NCBI RefSeq assembly: GCF_002113885.1
Contig: NW_018406397.1
Location: 1,376,062-1,440,061 of the forward strand
Origin: Mizuhopecten yessoensis
Taxonomy: Eukaryota
DNA: 64,000 nucleotides
Reading direction: 5' to 3'
This document shows, piece after piece, positions 54,337 to 64,000 of this stretch; positions within the stretch are counted from its first letter, which is position 1; each line of letters opens with the position of its first letter. Under the pieces are notes generated by a model. That model was given only the letters and a program-made list of their open reading frames with translations. It was not told where the DNA came from and ran no database searches. Made by a program: the position numbers and the translations under genes.

Positions 54337-54394
54337 ATTTGTCTGATGAAGGTGGCAGTGTACATATCGTACTAGTCATCGAAACGTCACATAG
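54337..54394 (+). ncRNA. Minimal type I hammerhead ribozyme motif in the Penelope pseudo-LTR
   Basis: CTGATGA (54343-54349), an extra A, stem II GGTGGC...GTCATC, then GAAAC-GTC (54381-54388), with short stem I arms tgt/aca. Confidence 0.7.
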
Positions 54395-54679
54395 AACATC
54401 GTATTGGTAGTGTAAAAAGAACTTCTCATAATCCATGTTGTTTTCCGCTGCAATTTTGAAGAGCTAACCAATGTGGAAACTTCCTGCAGTATTTGGAATA
54501 CACTTTCGCCCCCTTCACCTGAAGCTACCAAAATAAATCTACTACGCCCATTGTAACATCTAAGATCTTTATATTTCCTTTCTACATCATAATAACCGTT
54601 TTCATTCCTGGCACCTTGCTAGGCAAACCCTCACTTTTGGTCTTTGTGTTGAATGTTCGTCATAGTTGGAAGGCAATGA

Positions 54680-54945
54680 CTCATGTCTTTAGTTCGGGGC
54701 TTAACCCAAAATATTATTCCCTTCTAAGTGTTCAGCATTTAGAGTAATCGCAATAACTTGTTAAACGTTTTGAGTATGTCACCGGATGGAATACTGGTCT
54801 TGGTGCCTTCGGCATGATAGTTAAGTTTGGTAATACTATAAAGTATTGCTGTCTCAAGCAAATATACTCACATGTGGGCATAGATTGCTCACATGGAGGC
54901 AGGTCCTTAAATAACCTTAGCTTTTAGAAGGGCGTTAAACCCTAT
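54680..54945 (+). mobile_element. Degenerate Meta-type SINE
   Basis: Shares gtcaccgg...ggtgccttcggcatg and the tail gtccttaaataacc...ggcgttaaac with the copy at 62803-63190. Confidence 0.6.
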
Positions 54946-57900
54946 GCCAATCCGATCCGTCATTATAGTCTCTCAACCAATCATTTTAGCGTCTTCATCT
55001 TCATGTATTCCAATATGAAAGGTACTCTGAACCCATCGATTGGCCCAATCTTGTCGAATTGGCTTCACAAACTCTTTTTGTGCATTTGATGGATCAGGGT
55101 ATTGGACCCTCCTCCTCCTCCTTGATTTCTATCCAATTCCTCTTCCAGTGCAAACGCCAACTGAGTGACGTTGATCAAAGGATGCGATCGATGGCTTATA
55201 CGCCTGTCCAACTCGTCTCATGACTATCAGAGAGAAGCCAAGGCTGCATGGGGACCAGTCTAGATTTCAGCTTTCGTTTGTTTCCAGATACTAGCAGCAG
55301 AACCGCGCTGTTTGCCTCCGCGTTGTCCTACCGGTTAATGTTACTGTATTAGAGTAATGAACGTCACACACAAACAGGTGATTTCACCTTTAAAATGTGG
55401 TAATAGATTCAGTAAGCCAGAAAAGAATTAAATAAAGACAAAGGAAGTCCGCAATCGATGGGAAATCCCTTCACATACCATGCCAGACCCTTCTCCCGCT
55501 CATTCTCTATCGCGCAAGCTTCTGGATACAAACGCTCAAGGGCAAGTCAATAAATAGAAGGTCAACCGTTTTATTATAGCCAAAACATAGGCCCATTTGA
55601 GGAAATGACACTTCTTCCTCGTTGCTTTTGGAAATGTCTTCGGAATTTTCGTTCAACCAAACGCGTCTATGCACATTAAGCTGTGTACCAACATATTGAT
55701 ATCAAAGAAGATGGTAAAAATAATATAACGTATATTCTAAAGGAAAATATATCAAATTGTTTCAAAAATGCAAACAACCTATTTTAGTTAAGTCTGTAGA
55801 ATCATATGGTTTCTAACACGACACACACACTTAAATAACAATATAATTGAAAAAAATGAGGTCGTGAAATTGTTTCACAGATTAAATTTCACGAATTTAA
55901 ATAAATCAGTTACGACGAAAACTAATTTCCTGGATTTTTGTGAGAAAAAACACCTTGATTGAATTATTTGAAGCTCAATAGGAGAAATCTAAACCTGAAT
56001 ACTGGAATGTCCAAAGATAACTACGCTAATCAGCTCACGAAGCCCTGCGATGTGAAATTGTGTCAAGATTGGGAATGATGGAAAACTGGTGTGAATTACA
56101 AGACTCTCTACTACCTGAAATTGTTCATGTTGACTGCAGGTACATATCTCTCAAATCATTCGTTAAATTGTATCGTATTGCAAAACATAACAATAAATTG
56201 CTGAGTAGACGCGCGAAATGTGGAGTCGGTATTGTGGGTTAGATCGTTACTGTGAGAAAAGTAAAGACATTACAAAGGATAATATTAAGTTTTAAAAAAA
56301 ATCAACACCATTGCTGTGCCCGACACCTCCCCATAGTGCCCTCTCCGCTAGTGGTGCCCCAAATTGTAATTCGCAGCGCTAGTGTTACAAGTACACAAGC
56401 GTTCGTTTTCCCTAAACCCACGGCTTATGTCGCCTCGCCGCTAGAGTTACCCAACCGTACGTAGTATTTTTCCTCTGCTAGTGATCACTAAAGACATTTG
56501 TTATCCCAGCATGTGTGAAACTCAACAACCAGTGTAATCCCACCAAAAGTGTTACCTCACTGCTAAATGTGTAGGATCGCTAGTATTTACGGGTTACGGG
56601 CTGTATTTTACATTTCTTCGTGTTGATAAGTTTAAATTGTTTGGGGGTTCATATAGCACAACCCGGAACATTTTAATGGTTGTGCTACATGAAACTATGA
56701 CGGATGTTAAGAAATGAAATGGAATAATGTTATAAGAATAAAGCACACTCTCGGATGAGTTATCTCTCTTTATTTCTGACTGTCCCGGACTACTTTATGT
56801 ACCGGATAATCGAATCATCTTGATATTATTTGAAAAAAAAGTATGCCATAGTATCGCTACCCATGGTGAAATAAGTGTAAACTAAATTAATATCTCAAAC
56901 AACAATATACATACAATATATGTTTAAAATAATAATGATAATAGAAATACATAAATGTAACTTTTTTTATTATCAGAACGTTTCATCAATGTTAGTGTTG
57001 GTGGTTGTGATAATTTTCGAAAAGCAATGTGTGCCGGCCAACACATTTTAACAGTAATCATTGTTAGTTGACGGAATCTTTCAAGCTCAGACTTTCATTG
57101 TTCCCACTTAATACCGCTCCAATATCGCCATTTACAGGGAATTAATCCATCAAAACCGGCCATATACAGTGTACTAGTATTGATAATGATGGATTATAAT
57201 GATAGATACAAAAGGGAAGATTATTTTTCTCCTCTCTATCTTCAAAGTGTCATTTATATTGTTTCAAATAAGATGCTCTTGTTTGAAAAATGAAACAAGA
57301 CATGTGTTCAATCAAATTCCGAATGCGCAGAAGGGCGAGACTTTTTATATGAATATATAAGGAGTTTTGTATTGTCAGATGGTTAAAAAGAAGGGCGTAG
57401 CGAAACAGAAGACTGTCCATGCGTTGGCTTTGTAGATAAATCCTCTATCGATCCAAGCTCACGTATCAGCCATCACTGAGTGATTGGGCGGAAGGAGGAA
57501 TCCCCTTAGCGTGTTCATCCGCTTCCGACTATGTATTACACAAAACAAAAGTCAAAAAGGAAAAACCAATTACGCCACAAGGGAAGCAGTGTAAAAGATG
57601 ATTTATACTACGTACGTCCCTGACACAAACAAAAATGTAACGACTCTTAAGAGAAAAACATCTGTCAAAAGTAAGTTATGAAAAGTAATTGCTGATACTT
57701 GATGCTTGGGAAGATCACATTGTCCACTCATGTTTCTTCTTAAAAACACAAGCACACTGCTCTATAACAGATGACTGCAGTACCTTGTTGGTCCGGATAC
57801 TTTTCGAAATATAATTTTCATTTTCCCGAAATATCGATCATCGCTGGATAACGATGACATGTTATCGTGGTTTTAATGTTCACGTTAATTTACCACCTGC

Positions 57901-58286
57901 ACAAAATATAACATTTTGCTTCCTTTTAATTGTAAGTCAGGGAAATAGTTCACTTTTTTTTCAGAATCAGGCAAATTAAATGCCTATTTGACCTTCTGTA
58001 CATATTAAGCACTGTATGTAAAAGGTGTTCCGACTGACCTACTCAGACTTTATTGTTATGGCAAGCTGAATACGTACATCCGGGTTCTTTGATTGCTGTT
58101 GACATAATAAAATGTCACACAACTTTTTGTTCCTTACTAAGATTCATATCACGACTTTCGCGTTTATTTAATTAAAATTAGAATTGAAATACAAAGTGGC
58201 GACACGAGCAATCGGATTTGCTCGAGTTAAAATTGATATTCTGTAGCAGATTTTGGCTTGATTTGGCGTCAATTTTATATGGCGTG

Positions 58287-60552
58287 GGTGTCACTGTGTA
58301 TTGAAGCTGCGGTATGTTTTGTCCTTGTGTCCCTGTGTATTGATGCTGCGATGTGTTTTGTCCTTGTGTCCCCGTGTATTGAAGCTGCAGTATGGTTTGT
58401 CCTTGTGTCCCTGTGTATTGAAGCTGCGGTATGTTTTGTCCTGGTGTGCCTGTGTATTGATGCTGCGATGTGTTTTGTCCTCGTGTCCCCGTGTATTGAA
58501 GCTGCAGTATATTTTGTCCTTGTGTCCCTGTGTATTGAAGGTGCGGTATATTTTGTCCTTGTGTGCCTGTGTATTGAAGCTGCGGTATGTTTTGTCCTTG
58601 TGTCCCTATGTATTGGAGCTGCGGTATGTTTTGTCCTTGTGTCACTGTGTATTGAAGCTGCGGTATGTTTTGTCCTTGTGTGCCTGTGTATTGATGCTGC
58701 GATGTGTTTTGTCCTCGTGTCCCCGTGTATTGAAGCTGCAGTATATTTTGTCCTTGTGTCCCTGTGTATTGAAGCTGCGGTATGTTTTGTTCTTGTGTCC
58801 CTGTGTATTGAAGCTGCGGTATGTTTTGTTCTTGTGTCCCTGTGTATTAAAGCTGCGGTATGTTTTGTCCTTGTGTCCCTGTGTATTAAAGCTGCGGTAT
58901 GTTTTGTCCTTGTGTCCCTGTGTATTGAAGCAACGGCATGTTTTGTCCTTGTGTGCCTGTGTATTGAAGCGGTGGTATGTTTTGTCCTTGTGTCCCTGTG
59001 TATTGAAGCAACGGTATGTGTTGTCCTTGTGTGCCTGTGTACTGAAGCTGCGGTATGTTTTGTCCTTGTGTCCCTGTGTACTGAAGCTGCGGTATGTTTT
59101 GTCCTTGTGTCCCTGTGTACTGAAGCTGCGGTATGTTTTGTCCTTGTGTCCCTGTGTATTGAAGCAACGGTGTGTTTTGTCCTTGTGTGCCTGTGTATTG
59201 AAGCTGTGGTATGTTTTGTCCTTGTGTCCCTGTGTATTGAAACTGCGGTATGTTTTGTCCTTGGGTCACTGTGTATTGAAGCTGCGGTATGTTTTGTCCT
59301 TGTATGCCTGTGTATTGAAGCTGCGGTATGTTTTGTTCTTGTGTCCCTGTGTATTGAAGCTGCGGTATGTTTTGTCCCTGTGTGCCTGTGTATTGAAGCT
59401 GTGGTATGTTTTGTCCTTGTGTCCCTGTGTATTGAAGCTGCAGTATGTTTTGTCCTTGTGTCCCTGTGTATTGAAACTGCGGTATGTTTTGTTCTTGTGT
59501 CCCTGTGTATTAAAGCTGCGGTATGTTTAGTCCTTGTGTCCCTGTGTATTAAAACTGCGGTATGGTTTGTCCTTGTGTCCCTGTGTATTGAAGCTGCGAT
59601 ATGTTTTGTCCTTGTGTCCCTATGTATTGAAGCTGCGGTTTGTTTTGTCCTTGTGCCCCTGTGTATTGAAGCTGCGATATGTTTTGTCCTTGTGTCCCTA
59701 TGTATTGAAGCTGCGGTTTGTTTTGTCCTTGTGCCCCTGTGTATTGAAGCTGCGGTATGTTTTGTCCTTGTGTCCCTGTGTATTGAAGCTGCGGTGTGTT
59801 TTGTCCTTGTGTACCGGTGTATTGAAGCTGCAGTATGTTTTGTCCTTGTGTCCCTGTGTATTGAAGCAACGGTATGTTTTGTCCTTGTGTGCCTGTGTAT
59901 TGAAGCTGCGGTATGTTTTGTCCTTTTGTCCCTGTGTATTGAAGCTGCGGTATGTTTTGTCCTTTTGTCCCTGTGTATTGAATCTGCGGTATGTTTTGTC
60001 CTTGTGTCCCTGTGTATTGAAGCTGCGGTATGTTTTGTCCTTGGGTCACTGTGTATTGAAGCTGCGGTATGTTTTGTCCTTGTGTCCCTGTGTACTGAAG
60101 CTGCGGTATGTTTTGTACTTGGGTCACTGTGTATTGAAGCTGCGGGATGTTTTGTCCTTGTGTCCCTTTGTATTGAAACTGCGGTATGTTTTGTCCTTGG
60201 TGTATTGAAGCTGTGGTATGCTTTGTTCTTGTGTCACTGTGTATTGAAGCTGCGGTATGTTTTGTACTTGGGTCACTGTGTATTGAAGCTGCGGTTTGTT
60301 TTGTCCTTGTGCCCCTGTGTATTGAAGCTGCGATATGGACGCTGTTGACGCTGTGGTATTTTTGTTCGTGTTTCCCTCCATCAATTGAGTATTTGTGTGT
60401 TGAATGTATGGTATAATTTTCCTGTGTGTTCTGTACTTGTCTTTGTGTTCCTGTAAATTGACGCTGTGGTATATTTTGTCCTTGTGTGCCTGTAAATTGA
60501 CGCTGTGGTATATTGTGTCCTTGTGACCCTGTGTATTGTCGCTGTGGTATAT
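58287..60552. repeat. 39-bp minisatellite (gtgtccctgtgtattgaagctgcggtatgttttgtcctt), about 52 copies plus a degenerate right flank
   Basis: 39-bp period at 58287-60335, with diverged units to about 60552. Confidence 0.97.
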
Positions 60553-61962
60553 CCTGGATGCTGGAGTGCCATGCATGTTCATGTTCATTAATTAACGATT
60601 TCGATATAAAACTTTGTCTCACAATTTTACTATATTACTTGATTTACACTAGATGTGCAGGGGTTTCCTGTCGCTTAACCTTAGGGAAATGACGGCTGGT
60701 GATACATATCGCTTTAATTAACTATTTCTAAAATTGAATTTTTATCCTTGAGGTAAAATAACTGTGTCATCAACAAGTCATCTAAGCTCAAGGACATGAA
60801 AATTAAAATTAATAAACGCAAACAAGATTTCAACCTGACTCGGTATCAGAACGAGGATATGTATGAGGTATTAAGGAGACGAGTACCTTCTGCAAGTATG
60901 TCAGATTCGGGAAAACATTTCCAAACACAATTTAGGATGAAGTTGTAGATAAGGTTATTACAATCAGTTTAGCGCCCATTCTCCATCGTACAGCATATGC
61001 TGTACCTGACACAGATGCAGCTTTTAACCAAAACCCTCCCTGAACATTCCTTTTATAGATCATCCGACTGAAAGGCATTGTATAAAACATATGTAGAGTC
61101 AATGAATTGGTCTTTTTAGTCTGGTAAAACAACCTTTAGTGGATGTGACACAAAAAGGTGAGTGAATACTACATTGATGCTGTAAGAACAAGACATAATG
61201 ACATGTATGACATCATTACCAAAGTCTAGAAAAGACTTGGTTTTATATAACTTCTTTTTAAATTTCTGTTGCTCGTCTTAGTGCAAGACAGTACCTGAAC
61301 GAAGACTTACTTGAGTCGGCAGACGGTGTTCTGTTCCTTAACCAATGTCAACAAACAACTGTCAGAAGACTTAATGTATCAGCTGTAATTCATTTTTGAC
61401 ATACTGTATTTAATACAAAATTGTAAAGGTGTTATAACCGGTGTGTTTGTTTCTTCCGTCTATCAACTAGCCATAATCATCGTCTTTAGGGTGCATTTGA
61501 TAACAGGTTACATTATCGCAACAAGACACACCTCATTGACCGAATGCTTCAGTTCAGCACATCTGTGTCAAACTATATGGTTCAAGCCAAGAGAGGGAGA
61601 CAAGGTTGGACAATGTAGAACTAAATGATAGATTGTGAAGTAACATCATTCGTAGCTTCCCTACCAATACTACCAATAAGATTTTCCGAATGAGAAGCTA
61701 GAAGAGCAGATTGAAACAATGGCTTTTGAGGTGGGCTCTTTCATAAAAAAGACGTCACCCCCTATCAACAAGGTCTGCAATAGTCTAAATATATATACTT
61801 ATGAAAGTAAAAAAACTCAACCTCAGAACAACTAGTGGTATTGCTATTAAAGCTGTAAATACATCTTAAAATCACTCACTCAAAATACAAGAAACGAAAC
61901 CTGCTAATGGATACAGATTTGGAAAAAGCTTGAGGACTTAGTTAACAACATCAGATCATTTA

Positions 61963-62530
61963 AACAACAACGTCAGAAGGGGTCTACCACTGGCTATAGA
62001 GGATCAGAAAGGCCTGCTAACAACAACGACAGGAGGGGTCTACTACTGGCTATAGAGGATCAGAAAGGACTGCTAACAACAACGACAGGAGGGGTCTACC
62101 ACTGGCTATAGAGGATCAGAAAGGCCTGCTAACAACAACGACATAAGGGGTCTACCACTGGCTATAAAGGATCAGAAAGGCCTGCTAACAACAACGACAG
62201 AAGGGGTCTACCACTGGCTATAGAGGATAGAGGATCGGAAAGGACTGCTAACAACAACGACAGAAGGGGTCTACCACTGGCTATAAAGGATCAGAAAGGC
62301 CTGCTACGACCAACGGCAGGAGGGGGCTACCACTGGCTATAGATGATCAGAAAGGCCTGCTACGACCAACGGCAGGAGGGGGCTACCACTGGCTATAGAT
62401 GATCAGAAAGGCCTGCTAAAAACAACGACAGAAGGGGGCTACCACTGGCTATAGAGGATCAGAAAGGACTGCTAACAACAACGATAGGAGGGGTCTACCA
62501 CTGGCTATAGAGGATCAGAAAGGCCTACTA
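61963..62530. repeat. 56-bp minisatellite (aacaacaacgacagaaggggtctaccactggctatagaggatcagaaaggcctgct), about 10 copies
   Basis: ggtctac recurs at 61981, 62037 and onward. One unit has a 7-bp internal duplication at about 62221. Confidence 0.95.
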
Positions 62531-62802
62531 TCGAACACGACAGTAATCCAAACACAAAACGTAGACGTCGTGTTATGATGATAATGCGCAAAGTGTCCAT
62601 TCAAAAGTTTGCACCTTTGCTATGATTGGGAACAGATTGGAGATCTCCATTATTCAAGATAAGGTCATAAACAATTATCAGCAAAACCCTCATTCCATAG
62701 AAAATTTACGTACAGCTGAAAGAGATGAAAGGCCAATAAAACTTACAGAGCACTCAAATGTGCCTCTTATTACAGATGCTATATTGCTTAGATTCGGTTT
62801 CA

Positions 62803-63190
62803 CTTTTGGCCTTAGTGTTGAGCGTTCGCCCAAGTGGGGTAGGCAATGGGTTCTGTCCCCAGGCCGGGACATACCAAAGTCCTTAAAATTGGTAGTTGTT
62901 ATTCTCTGCTTAACATTCAACATGTAGGGTAATGACAACAAATGGTTCACCTGTTGTCAGAATAATGTAACCGGGCGGAATGCTGTGCTGGGTGCCTTCG
63001 GCATGGCATTTCAGTGTGGTAGCACCATAAAGTCGGCATCAGATCCGCGCTATCGCAAGGAGGTAACAACACTAACAAACCCTGCTGTCTCCAACACACA
63101 TACACACTGGCATGCTGTAAACAACACACATGTAGGTACGTCCTAAAATGACCTCAGCTGTTGATAGGACGTTAAACCATATATCAACTA
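62803..63190 (+). mobile_element. Full-length tRNA-derived Meta-type SINE
   Basis: Decayed tRNA head (tggccttagtg...gggttctgtccc). Meta-like cataccaaagtccttaaaattggtagttg. AC-rich linker. Tail cgtcctaaaatgacctcagctgttgataggacgttaaac. Confidence 0.8.
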
Positions 63191-64000
63191 ACAAATCTAA
63201 AAACAAGTATAACGTATTAATCGGGAGGGAGCAACTGGAACATTGCAAGATGCAAAAAGGAAATTAAGTTGGTTTACTTGCATCCAATAAACGTATTAAA
63301 GAGGCGATGATGCCAATAAAAGTTAGTGTACAGAAAAAGAACGGTCGCCTAGCTATATAACAGTTCTATGCTTGTGAATGCGAAACGGAACGAAACATCG
63401 ATGACCATGAGTCTAGAATTGTTATATCGCTACATGCTGTTGGGACATCCCCTACAGTGAACTTTGTGAACCACCTTATAAAACTTTGGTGCGCCAACAA
63501 GGAAATTTCGATATTACAAGAATCTTCGAAGTTAAAGAAATTGATTAGACTCCTTGTTGTACGAACAAGAATCAAATAAAATTCTGCCACATGACAATAT
63601 ATTACCTGTGTCTGTCTCTATACGCTGTACTTAAGATTGGTCCAGAGCAATTGTCAGCGGGAGTGATGACCAATTACAAGACCTTTGTACAGCTGTACTG
63701 CATTATTCCGATATCTTCACTGCCCCAACGATAATACGTTGGGGAAATTTACTGCAATAGAACGTGTTTAAACTTTGATGATGTAAAAACATGTCAAACG
63801 GAGATAACGTAAGACTCCGGCAATTGTATTAGAAGAGAAGGACGCACACATACAACAGATGTTGCATCCAAAGTCATTGAACTGTCGGTTTCTGAGTTTG
63901 GTTTGGTTTTATTTGGTATAGTTTAACGTCCTTTCAACTGAGTGGGCATCTCCAGTATTAATCTGAAAGTGGAAGGGTGGCGTGCTTTGTTTATTTATAA

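Larger units (their letters stand above)
52602..54436 (+). mobile_element. 5'-truncated Penelope-like retroelement (RT plus C-terminal GIY-YIG) with inverted pseudo-LTRs
   Basis: Inverted repeats at 52602-52809 and 54198-54436 enclose a broken RT-endonuclease ORF. Confidence 0.9.

Overview
This is AT-rich animal genomic DNA. The SINE repertoire suggests a bivalve mollusc, possibly a scallop (inference). One protein-coding gene is supported, on the minus strand. A large exon (1..2319, 772 full codons, still open at the left edge and therefore absent from the ORF track) splices in phase to a 62-nt ATG-bearing exon at 22446..22507 across an intron of about 20 kb. The predicted N-terminus is MAAQVCLRPIPYLFPRRKRVRSLKAVTFKEK, of an uncharacterised and probably disordered protein with a PP1-type RVxF motif. 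The rest is intronic or intergenic and repeat-rich. Roughly 18 kb is tandem repeat: a 42/50-bp composite, 31-bp, 26-bp, 39-bp and 56-bp arrays, plus smaller ones. Mobile elements include V-, CORE- and Meta-type tRNA-derived SINEs, a small TRIM-like LTR element whose LTRs carry a tRNA-derived Pol III promoter, a 5'-truncated Penelope-like retroelement with inverted terminal repeats containing a hammerhead ribozyme, a decayed hAT transposase and a double-hairpin non-autonomous element. Nearly all long ORFs in the track are by-products of stop-free repeat units. There are no prokaryotic features such as operons or CRISPR arrays. All family assignments come from motif recognition by eye, not database searches.
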